64,000 nucleotides of DNA, from assembly GCA_951406725.2 (NCBI GenBank), contig OX597824.1, positions 40,362,001 to 40,426,000 on the forward strand, read 5' to 3'. The position numbers and the translations under genes are program-made. Of this stretch, positions 53,013-64,000 are shown one piece after another. The first letter of the stretch is position 1. Every line of letters starts with the position of its first letter. Below the pieces are notes generated by a model, which saw nothing but the letters and a program-made list of their open reading frames with translations, did no database searches and was not told the origin of the DNA. The stretch is from Octopus vulgaris (taxonomy: Eukaryota).

Positions 53013-53955
53013 CTATGTATATTTCCTATTTAGTATTGGGGATGTTTCATTTATGAGGACGCACTCCTGTATTTGTCTGAATGTTGGGTCCTTTGGGTGC
53101 TTGGATAAAATGCGGATGTCAAGTTGACCCAGATTGCCTCCATGTTGGTCCTTGGTATGTTGGTAGAGTATGGAGGACTGTTTTTGTTGTCATATTGTCT
53201 CAAATGTTCGTTTAGCTTTTTCCGCAATGCTCCTAGATGTTTCCCCTATGTATGTCATGTTCATGTCTTTACAAGCACTTATGCATCTTATGTTGTAGGC
53301 TACATTTCTAGTTCTACAGTTAATGCCAGGGCTAATCCTACATGCCATGCAGTTATCATTGGTGCATTTGTTATTCTCAAAGGGGTACATCCTACATAGT
53401 TGTGATCTGACAGAGTTCTCTGGCTTTTCAGCAATCTTAATGTTGAGTTTGGTCTCCTTCAGAGCTTTTCTAAATCTATGAGCTAGTTCTCCACGGGCTG
53501 TGGCTTCTACAAACATCTCTCCTTGATATTTGTCGGTTTTATACCATGTGTTCACCCTCTTTGCTTTATCACAAGCTCTTTGTATCCTATTCCAGTTTTT
53601 GTTTCTATATCTAGGGCAGGTATCACTGGTATCATTATGTATAATGTTATCTAATTTCTTTCTAACACCCCAGTATACTCGAACCCTATCTTTCTGATCA
53701 TATCCAGAGAATTGCATGCAGTGCATGAAGTTCTGTATATGTTTTTTCATTTCATAGGGTTCGCATAATGGGGTCACGTTGTTCATTATCCTAACTAAGT
53801 CTGCCATCAGTATGTTAATTTTCATGTTGTGTGACAAATCTGAGTTCTTGTGAACAACATATTTTGAAGCTATGGGTTTCGTGTAATAGGAGTTGAGGAG
53901 CTGCACTCTATTGTTTAGAGTGCAGCTCCTCAACTCCTATTACATGAAACCCATA
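53013..53955 (-). pseudogene. 5'-truncated Penelope-like retroelement ORF (RT thumb/linker plus C-terminal GIY-YIG endonuclease), probably Naiad-type
   Basis: ORF 53190-53933: YYTKPIAS...FSGY...PRYRNKNW...WY...MFVEAT...PFENNKCTNDNCMAC...CRTRNVAYNIRCISAC...YIGETSRS; after compensating frameshifts it reads KLNEH and SILYQHTKDQH...FRQIQECVLINETSPILNRKYT* (stop 53013-53015), supplying the GIY-YIG E and N positions and the CCHH residues. Confidence 0.85.
53871..53955. repeat. 40-bp inverted repeat (fold-back) with 5-nt loop
   Basis: 53871-53910 and 53916-53955 are reverse complements with one mismatch. Confidence 0.95.
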
Positions 53956-53965
53956 TCTATCATCA

Positions 53966-53999
<34 letters not shown>

Positions 54000-54262
54000 G
54001 GGTAGAAAGGGCTCCTTAGCCGTAGTGAAGGCAATCTATCTAGGGAGATGACCTTACAATAAATCACTCGGTCTGTAGCTTAGAAATACTGGGTTGACGT
54101 CCAGCAGGAACAGCTTTGTTTCATGGAGGAGGAAAGATCTTCTTTAGTACTTGGTTGTACAATGCTTTCCAATGTGTGTAGTAGTGGCGCGCGCACACAT
54201 TATTAGCCATTTGAAAAGACTATGAAAGTCTCGACCACGGTCGAACAATGATGATGATAATG
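54000..54262 (+). mobile_element. short (GAT)n-tailed element, possibly RTE-derived non-autonomous retroposon
   Basis: GGCAATCTATCTAGGGAGATG resembles RTE 5' UTR motifs from memory; 3' hairpins directly before ATGATGATGAT. Confidence 0.4.
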
Positions 54263-54439
54263 TGTGTGTGTGTATGCATGTGCGCACATATTTATTATTA
54301 TTTTTAATCAGTAGAAGTTATAATGTGACACAAGTGCCAATTAAAAATGGTAAGAAAATGCTCCTGTTTTGAGTTCTGTATATTGACCAGATTATCAAAT
54401 ATTGCTGTAACAATGCTGGTTACAATGTGCCTCCTCACG

Positions 54440-54652
54440 TTGTCATAGCTGTCAAATGATGCCACCCTGCTGGCTTGATGGGCAAGCAACATTCTCGCTA
54501 AGAGAGATGTCAGTGCATTGCAGGGTTAGCCATTTACTGCTGAGTGGACTGGAGGGATGTGAAACAAAGTGTTTTTTCTCGAGAACCCAATGCAACACTG
54601 GTCTGGGAATTGAAATGACAATCTTGCAATCATGACCACTAGGCCATGTGCC
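54440..54652 (-). mobile_element. degenerate SINE family C
   Basis: GCTGAGTGGACTGGAG...CCACTAGGCCATGTGCCT. Confidence 0.6.
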
Positions 54653-55303
54653 TGAGAAAAGTTCAGAGAGCTACCACCTCCTTTGGTAACAAAGGGCCTC
54701 TGCCTCGGAGTGAAGGGCAGATTGTATGATGCTTGTATATGAACAGCTATGCTACAAGGCACTGAGACATGGGCTGTGACTATTGAGGACATGCAAAGGC
54801 TTGAAAGAAATGAGGACAGCTGCATCAAGAAGTGCTGACTTCTAATTATGGAGGGAACTTGTGGAAGGGGTAGACCCAGGAAGATGTGGAATGAAGTGGT
54901 GAGAAATGCTGGGACTCATAGATGAGATGACTAGAGACTTAGACTTGTGGTGGTTTACTGTGCTTAAGAAAACATGTCAAGCTAAGTAAAAATCACGGCT
55001 GTCAATGCATACAGGCATGTCCTTTACATCTCTCTCTCAGCCAAGAGATCCTAATTTTATGGGCTTGAGGGTGCTAGTGCCTCATAAAAAGTACCCATGC
55101 TGACGCCACGTAAAAGTGCCCAGGCTGGTGTCACATAAAAATACCCATGCCAGTGTCATATTTCAAGCACTCAGTACACCTTGTAAAAGTAGTTGGCATT
55201 AGGAAGGGCATCTAGCCATAGAAACCATGCCAAAACAAAGGGAACCCAGGTAGCTCTCTGTCTGGCTAGCTCCTGTCACATCATCCAATCCAGTGATGAT
55301 GAT
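54650..55303 (+). mobile_element. RTE-clade LINE 3' fragment (decayed ORF end plus 3' UTR)
   Basis: Reads KFRELPPPLVTKGLCLGVKGRLYDACI*TAMLQGTETWAVTIEDMQRLERNE and MEGTCGRGRPRKMWNEVVR; (GAT)n tail. Confidence 0.85.
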
Positions 55304-55624
55304 AACGTGCGTGTGTGTTCAAAAGAATTTTTAATAAAAATTTTATTGCAAGTTTTATTAACTTGTTATTTACTTACACTCCATTCTGAAGTAAACCACA
55401 CCCTAAAGAAGGGCATATACCCCCACTTTGAAAAACACTGCCTTAAACAAATAAACAACAGTACAATGCAAGGATGGGGGAGCCAGTTTTTGATTTAGAA
55501 GGTAGAAAGGCAGTTAAATGAGAGGAAGGAAATTGTAGATGGTAGTAGTGATGGGGTAGTTATATGACTATATAGAGAAAGAGCAGAGTATGAGTTTCAG
55601 TGACATATAATACTGTATAATTAA

Positions 55625-55844
55625 CCCTTTAGCATTTAAACTGGCCATATCAAGCTCACATATTCTACAAGTTTTATGTTTAAACTGACCAAATTTAGCC
55701 TCTCACACCTACCATACAAGGTCATTCTAAAAATATACTATCTCATCATTGAAATCTAGAAGCAGTGAGATAAAGCATGATTAATTCAAATCAATTTGAA
55801 TAAATAAGCATAATGCTTGACAAAATAATCTGAATGCTAAAGGG
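55625..55844. mobile_element. piggyBac-like MITE (second family)
   Basis: TTAA flanks 55621-55624 and 55845-55848; perfect 12-bp TIR CCCTTTAGCATT / AATGCTAAAGGG. Confidence 0.88.
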
Positions 55845-57043
55845 TTAAGGTTTATTAATCACATTTTTAATCAGTACTTAATTATTTATTTATTTATTTG
55901 GGGGCGGGGTCAAAGAGTGAGGTTTCTAAGCAGTCACACAACAGTTAGAAATAGCAACCAAATCTCCTTTAAAAATACACACCATCATTTCAAGGACAAA
56001 ATACTTTAGTTTTACAAATCCTGCAGAAAATATCCCAAGATGAGAGTCATGGATGGAATACTTTGGATCACAGGTTTACTCTATCAGAGCAAACCGAGGG
56101 CTAAACAATTACAACAACAGTTTATTTTGTTTGTTTTTTTTCATCTCCTTTTATTGTTTTGTAGAATTGTAAATATATTTTAATGTTACTTAGACAGGTC
56201 TGTCATGAACTCTGGGACTCATTAGGCTGGAGCTTAATTAACTCATTTTTCATGCCTTAGGAGTGATTGAGATTACAACACTATTCTGTAGACAGTTCGC
56301 TGGTCTATTGGAGTTTTAATGTGAAGCACAGGCATGGCTGTGTGGTATGAAGCTTGCTTCCTAAACACATGATTCCGGGTTCAGTCCCACTACATGGTAT
56401 CTTGAGCAAGTGTCTTCTACTATAACCTTGGGTTGACCAAAGCTTTGTGATGAATTTGATAGATGGAAACCTATTGTTGGGATTTGACAATTTAGGATGA
56501 CATTCCACCACAGCAGCTCCATATATAAATTCACCCACCTTTTCCTGATTTGCCTGTGCACCTTTTCCTCTTAATGACTCTTTTACTGTTCACTTTTTCA
56601 TCTTGTTGTACTTTTATAATCTGAATTCAAATCACCCTGAGGTTTTGCTTTTCAGTCTTTTGGGTGTTGATAAAATAAAGTACCAGTTACAAGTACTGGG
56701 GGTTTGATGTAACTGACTATTCCCCTCCCGTTAAAAATTGCTGGTCTTGTACCGAAATTTGAAACCATTAATGGCAGTGAGCTGGCAGAATCATCAGTAC
56801 ATAAATGCTTGGTGGCATTTCTTCTGGTCCTTAATGCTCTGAGCTCAAATCCAGTTGACTTTGTCTTTTCATCCTTTCAAGGTTGATAAAATTAGTATCA
56901 GCCAAGTACTGAGATTGATGTAATCCCCCAAAATTTCAGGCCTTGTGCAGAAAGGATTATCATTATGTGTTGTTTGTGTATGTGTATATTATGTATTTTA
57001 TGTACGAGTGTGTGTGTATGTTTGTTGTATATATAAAGTAAAA

Positions 57044-57339
57044 ACCCATTTCTGTCATGAATGACCATGGGATTGCACCTAGAAAGTTCCCTTCCAAGCC
57101 ACAGGTCCAGGCAAAGTTGTTTGTGGAAGGCCAGCAGTCACCCATGCATACCAGCCTCCCATCTCTACACCACTGATATTGTCCAAGGGAAAGGCAAAGG
57201 CCAATACATCTTGGCACCAGTGATGTCGCAGCTCATTTCTACAGTCGAGTGAACTGGAGCAACAGCCCAGTCCAGAAATCAAATTCACAATCTCACAATT
57301 GTAAGTCCAACACTCTAACCACTGAGCCATGTGCCTTCA
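57044..57339 (-). mobile_element. SINE family C
   Basis: Matches 290-575 and 18221-18518. Confidence 0.8.
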
Positions 57340-57352
57340 CTTGTGTGTATAA

Positions 57353-57748
57353 TCTCTCTCTATATATAAAACTGAAGTTGTCTGTGTTTGGCGTGTTTGG
57401 TAGCCTTCAACTAACACTATCTCCTCCGAGACCCTGCGGCGCAAGTTGACCAAAATTGAGAGTATGATAGAAGAAGGCTTGCTCTTCATTCCGTAGAAGA
57501 AAAAAATCAAATTGGACCATGTTAAGACCAAGAATTATTTACATCAAAAAGGTGCTTTTTTTTTTCTATGAAAATCCCTATTTTTACGATTTTTTGATTG
57601 CTGTGTTGCCATTTTACGGTGTATTTCAACCAGGAAAATGTTCACTTTAAGAGAATAACAAACTACATAATGCAAAAGTTTTACTTTTCAAAAATTCCAA
57701 TTCTGAAGGGTCGAAATGAACCTGAGCAACGCCGGGTGATACTGCTAG
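57353..57748 (+). mobile_element. non-autonomous Helitron H1
   Basis: A|TC start, 3' CCTGAGCAACGCCGGG hairpin plus CTAG|T; aligns end to end with 28737-29129. Confidence 0.88.
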
Positions 57749-58280
57749 TATATATATATATATGCACACACATATATGTACACATACACACGCATGCATA
57801 CATATATACATATATGTTAGCACACAACCCACTTTCTTTCAATAATCAGTTTATTTTTTTGCAATAAATATTATGATTCACACACAGAAGGTTGATGTTA
57901 TTAAAGAGAAAATTTGTCAAACTGTTTATCACATTACTTTGAGAATAGTGTGTGTATGTATGTGTGATTGAGAGAGAGAGAGACAATGAGTGAATGTGTG
58001 TATGTATATATTTATTATTTTATTATTATAATCAGAACATTTACGTTTTATGTTTTAGAAAATGCGTATTTAGGGTTATTTTAGGGTGAATTTGCATGCT
58101 CGTAAATGTCAGTTTGTATGTGTATATATGTATTTATTCTTGTATATTTATATGTAGAAACATGTATACATATGTGTATTTACATTTTATTTTAGTAAAT
58201 ATGTGTATATAGCTGTAAAGCTGGTTACTTCTCCTTTCCTTAACATACTATGTCTACATACATAGATATTCATGCTATGC

Positions 58281-58338
<58 letters not shown>

Positions 58339-60386
58339 AATTGTCCTCAGCATTGTCAGCAATATATATGTACATGCTTATACACATTCACACATGTATA
58401 TAAATGAATGTATATATTGCCATATATGCATATATACTTATGTGTGTGTGTACTTATATATATATATATATATATATATACTTATATATGTGTATATATA
58501 GATAGATATATAGATAGATACACATGTTTGTGAATTTTACACACACACACACACACATTGTATTACATATACGCACATATTTTATCTTATCATTCTTTTC
58601 TATGTTGGTTTTGTTTATCGGCTGGTAACAAAAAACCATTCTTTCATTAAACAGAGTGGAATAAAGAAATACTTAGATCCTTTTGTTCCTTGTACAGATT
58701 TTCACCAAAATGCTTTTGTTGTTTTCTTCAGATTCTAAAAAAAAAAAGAGAGAGAAGGAAAATGCACAAAAAAAACAAAAACATAAACAACAGATAATAT
58801 ATTATATACCATCTGATTTTTTCTTTCAATTTTTTTTTTTTACAAAGAAATTGTTTGGCAAAAAAAGAAAAGGAAACTTTGGAATAAAAATATCATCTTC
58901 CATCTCATCATCATTATTTTAACATCAACTTTTCCTTGCTTTCATGGGTTGGACAGTATTTGTTGAAGTGGATTTCTGTGGTTCCTTTCAATTTTTGTGT
59001 ATCGAATCCACTGTCAAGGCTTTGGTTGGCCCAGAATTATTGTAGAAGATACTTGCCCTGAGGATACATGCAGTGGGACTGAACTCAAAACCATGTGATT
59101 GGGAAGCAAAACTTTTTACCTCACAGCCACGCCTGCACCTATCATATGATATAATATCTCTCCTTTAGTCTATTTTGTTTTTGATTTTTTTCTTTCATTT
59201 TCTATTTTTTGTTTTTCTTTTGACAGCAGGGGTTTGAGGAATTTTGTAGAGTTTGTTTGTGATTTTATCTGTAGCTTTTTTTTTTTGTTTTAGAATTTCA
59301 TCTCATTTTACTTTATTAATCTCTTATTCTAAAACAAATCAAAATAAGGGTGGAGTCTTCTTTACAGTATTGTTGATGTTGCTATCTTAGTTCAAGTTAT
59401 TGTATCATTTGTGCTGTTTAACCCTCTGTCACATCTGATAGAATAGACTTCAGATCAGAAGCATTTTAACCATAACCAATGCATATGTTTTCAAACAAAA
59501 CATCATTTTTGTTTGATTTTTCTTTTAATGTCCACTTTACCATACTTGCATGAATCAAATGCAGTAACCATTAATCAAAATAAATGCATCAAGGAAAGCG
59601 GGGTACCACAGAAATGGTAAAAGGTTGACAGCACAAAAGATTTCACTTTAAATTTGCTAAAATAATATTCAGGATGCCTTATCTTTACTAAGTATAGAAA
59701 CATGTGCTATGTAAAATTAATTTGAGGATTTGATCAAAAACTTTTCAATTTAAGAATTAGGAGAAAACTCTTCAAATATAAATAAAGTAGAAGTATACAA
59801 AAATAAATATTATTTTCCATCTTACTGTTAGTTTTGTTTCATTTTATGGCTTATTATTGTTTATATTTTGAATTACATATATATGAAGGCACCAAAATCT
59901 TTGAAGTGCTTAAGTCCTTTGTGGGTCTAATACAGTCCTAGTCAGATAGAAATTGCTTACAACTATTACACACTGATGACAAGGAGACAAACTTGCACAT
60001 CTAATTACTTATTAAGTATATTTGAAGGTGCGTGACCTTCTGATTAGGGTGTTTGTAAGGTGAGGGGTTCAACTGTAAAGTGACTGTTCAATTCCTGGAC
60101 TGGTCAGTGTGTTGTGTCTTCGAACAAATCACTTCATTTCATGTGGAACCAGTCTACTCAGCTGAAAAGGAGTACTAACCAACTGGTGATGCAGCTCTCT
60201 TTCTCTCTCCCTCTCTCTCCTTCCTCTAGCTGTTACATCTATGTCACACTGGGTCAAGGATAGGAGGGCTGAGAGAGTATCTATGTCGGCTTGTGACTAC
60301 ATATGGATCTATAATAACTAACAAAGGCATGGGAGAAGCTGCCTAGTAATACCCACTTGAATGTGACTGCTAAGCTTTTTTTTCTT

Positions 60387-60417
<31 letters not shown>

Positions 60418-61041
60418 AGGGATTAGAAGAATACAACTCAATGACAAGCTGACAGAATCTACAAGCATGTCGGACAAAATGCTTAGCAGCATTCTAGCTC
60501 TTTTAGCTCTTTTATTCTGAGTTCAAATACTGCTGAGGTCAACTTTGTCTTTCATCCTTTTGGGGGCCAATAAAATAAAATGTTAGTCTCATGCTGGGGT
60601 CATTATAGTTGACTGCCTCTTCCTCTTAAAATTGCTGGCATTGTGCCAAAGTTTGAAACAATTAGCATTGTTGTTGTTGTTAATAACAAAGACTTGATTA
60701 TTATTAGGAACATTGAAAAAAGTCAGCAAAGAAATTTGAACTGTTTATCCTAATTCATAGAATTCATTTTATAAAGTTTTGTGTTTACTGAATGAGAAAT
60801 AGCAGTTTTGGTGGCTTCTGAGAGATTAGGAACTAATGTTTGTAGAATACAGATTTATTTCTAGCTTTTCTGAAAAGTTAATTAGTGCCACTTGGTAATC
60901 CGGAGCTGATTCTACAGTTAACTATTTTTTTCTTTTCTAGATTTCTCTTTCTCTCATTCACTTATTCAAGCATTATACACACACACATACACACATACAT
61001 ATGGATGTATACATATGTGTATACATATATATATATATATG

Positions 61042-61081
<40 letters not shown>

Positions 61082-61155
61082 CACACATACATACATGGAC
61101 ACACGCACATACACAAATATATATAGATGTTGTTTTCTTTCTCTTTGTTCTCTTG

Positions 61156-61186
<31 letters not shown>

Positions 61187-61432
61187 CCTATCTCCTCCTA
61201 TTTCAACCTCCCACTCAACATTGCATCTCAATTTCAATTACATCACATAACACTAACATAACCATTAAACTCTGCTGCCTACCTCATACACAGCTACCAA
61301 GGCTAACAGCACCATCACTACTAACACTACCACCACCCCCACAAACAATGTTGCTGATTCTACCACTGGCACTACCACCACCACTACAACCCACATCATA
61401 CCTACAAAATGAACTTCTTAACTGCACTGCCT

Positions 61433-62102
61433 GTTTGACAGAGTGTAAGCATCTTGGGAGAAAAGTTAAGCATAAGAGGCATCAGACTGTGCTGGTATGG
61501 TCATGAGATGTGTATGGACGGGGACAGTTGTGTAAAGAAGTGCTGATCTCTATCTGTGGAGGGAACCTGTCGTAGAGGTAGACCCAGGAAGACATGGGAC
61601 GAGGTGGTGAAGCATGATCTTCGAACATTGGGCCTTACAGAGGCAATGACTGGTGACCGAGATCTTTGGCGATGTGCTGTGCTTGAGAGGACCTGTCAAG
61701 CCAAGTACACCCATACAGGTAGCATGTAAAGAATATCTTTTGAACATTGGGCCTCACAGAGGCAAAGTGACTGAGTCACTTTCGAGTAGTGGGCCTCACG
61801 GAGGCAATGGCCAAGACCTCTAGCATTATGTCATGCTTGAGAAGACCCATCAAGTTGAGCAAAACCATTGGTGACACGTAAGTGCACCCTGCTGTCACAT
61901 AAATGGCACCCATGCCGGTGGCATGTAAAAGCACCCATTACACTCTGAGTGGTTGGTGTTATGAAGGGCATCAAGCTGTAGAAAACCATGCCAAATCAGA
62001 CTGGGGTCTGGTGGAGCCTTCGAGTGTGCCAGCCCAGTCAAACCATCCCACCCATGCCAGCATGAACAGTGAATGTTAAATAATGATGATGATGATGATG
62101 AT
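61433..62102 (+). mobile_element. RTE-clade LINE 3' fragment
   Basis: Reads RLCWYGH and VEGTCRRGRPRKTWDEVVKHDLRTLGLTEAMTGDRDLWRCAVLERT; 3' UTR and (GAT)n tail. Confidence 0.85.
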
Positions 62103-62534
62103 ATATATATAGGAAATTAAATAAATGAGAAGGAAATAAGAAATTATGTAATAAACTACATTAGCTTACAACTGCTTCAGTTCAAAGATGCATTGCACTC
62201 AGAGTTGTGGGCTTGTGTATCACCCTCTAGTTTCATTGGAATTTCAAAGATGAAGTGCAATTTTATTTGAGAAGCCATCCATCTTTATATATATCATTAT
62301 TTAATGTCTATTTTCCATATTGGCACTGGTTGGATGGTTAGACAGGAACTGGAAAGCCATAGAGCTGTCCCAGGTTCCATTTGTCTGTTTTGGCATGGTT
62401 TCTATGAGTGGATGCTCTTCCTAATGACAACCACTTCCCAGAGTGAACTGGGTGCTTTTTATGTGGTACCAGCACATGTGCTTTTTATCTGGCACCAGCA
62501 CAATATATATATATGTGTGTGTGAGAGAGAGAGA

Positions 62535-62822
62535 GGATGCATGGTCTACTGGTTAGGGTGTTGCGCTCACAATCATGAGATTGTGGTTTTAATTTCTAGA
62601 CCAGATGGTGCGTTGTGTTCTTGAGCAAAACACTTCATCTCATGTTACTCTGTGATGACTTCAACACCTGATGCATGGTACACCATGCATGTCCTGTTCA
62701 GGTAACTCCAATTTGATGGAGGGAGTGAGCTAATGTACAGCACATACATTTGACCACTATACAGTCGTTTTGGCAAAAAGCTGAACACTCATACATCATT
62801 TTCAACAGAAGAGTTCATCATA
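62535..62822 (+). mobile_element. SINE with family C head
   Basis: Similar to 44307-44610. Confidence 0.65.
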
Positions 62823-63404
62823 TCTCTTATATAAAATCTGTTCTGTCTGTCTGTGTGTGTACGTGTCTTCTAGGATCTCGGGCATCCTCCATCCGATTGT
62901 GCTCAAATTTGGTAAGTAGATACCAACAGTATCAGGGCATGTATAAGTTTTGAACAAATTACAAAAATTGATTCCAGGTGAGAATGCTATCAATAAAGCC
63001 GTGGGAACATACATTTGTAAAATCGTTTTTCTTGGAATAGAAAAAAAGTCTATCTTTATTTCTTCTTTTGCTGGTGTCTCAAATTTAGGTTTAATCAGTG
63101 TTACTCAAAGGGGAGGCCTATGGGACGGTCAGACAAGTTGTTTTGAGAAAATTTGGTTTAAATGTTTGACATCTCAGCACTGTCTATTGGATGGTGGCGG
63201 GGGCGTTTTACTCATGTATATATATTAATGTTTGTTTTTATGTTCAGTTATAATAAAAACAATTTTACATTAGTCTGGTGGGTTACTCTATACTTTTTTA
63301 GAGTACAAATTCATTATTCTTATACAAGAATATTGTTGACGGTGACTTCCAATTTTCATTCGGTTATGCCATTGTCAGACTGTGATGCATTGGAATTAGT
63401 CTAG
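62823..63404 (+). mobile_element. non-autonomous Helitron-like element (family H3)
   Basis: A|TCTCTTATATAAAA start, (TCTG)n, CCGATTGTGCTCAAATTTGG motif shared with H2-type elements, ends in CTAG after a decayed hairpin. Confidence 0.55.
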
Positions 63405-64000
63405 CCTTTTTATGGTCCCTGTTGAATTAAAATCATCTTTAGATGTGTGGGTTTGAGTGGGGTGGTAATTGGTCTTTTTATGGTTGGTTGTTATGAAAAG
63501 ATGTTTTGGAAAAATTTTAATTGATTAAATTTGGAGTTTAAATTCTAAACATTATTGTTTAGAATTTATTCGTGAATGTAGAATTTCATAAACAAGCCTA
63601 TAGATGTTTCTCTTTTGTTAGGTAGGTACAAAGTATGACAGTATTTTTGTTGCTTTTGGTATTATTTGATTTAATCCTTTTGCTTTGAAACTGTTAAAAG
63701 TCAAAGATACATAGCCCAGCTTTTAAGCCCTTAGTAATTGGGTGTGTCAACTTTTTTGGTCATTTCTTTATTTGTTGTTATTTACGGTATTTCCTGCTTT
63801 CATTTGTAAGGTTGAGGTCAGGCAAGTCATTGTTTCTCTTGTGCTTTGATGTTCACACGTGTTTCTCTCTAGTTGTTCATTGTTTTATATGCAATTTGAT
63901 TAGTATGCAGTTGAAACAGAACTAAATGAATGTAGCTTGTTTAATGTTTTAATCCAGTAATAAATACACTTGGATTGTCTTACCACTAACAGGTGTATGA

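Noticed and set aside
53190-53192. In-frame TGA as a selenocysteine codon in the Penelope-like ORF
   Set aside because: It lies in a short out-of-frame stretch between two compensating frameshifts; the alternative frame restores KLNEH and the position is not a Cys site.

Overview
AT-rich, microsatellite-saturated animal genomic DNA. The repeat families resemble those I associate with octopus/coleoid cephalopod genomes (inference, no search run). I find no recognisable host gene, rRNA, bona fide tRNA or CRISPR array; nearly all ORFs in the track are artefacts of simple repeats or SINEs, so the window is probably intronic or intergenic. It contains: several tRNA-derived SINE families (CORE-like, Meta-like and a (CAA)n-tailed family); RTE-type LINE 3' fragments; a LINE 3' end sharing its tail with a SINE; non-autonomous Helitrons (one inside a local tandem duplication); piggyBac-like TTAA MITEs; an 8-bp-TSD MITE carrying telomere-like repeats; Tc1/mariner relics; and a decayed Penelope-like (probably Naiad-type) GIY-YIG retroelement. 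The most notable structures are the 40-bp fold-back palindrome at the 5' truncation point of the Penelope-like element, hammerhead-ribozyme half-motifs in (TA)n-flanked elements, a 35-bp satellite apparently built from a MITE terminus, and the Helitron-associated duplication. I see no convincing evidence for a new protein-coding system. Coordinates were read by eye; edges of decayed repeats are approximate.
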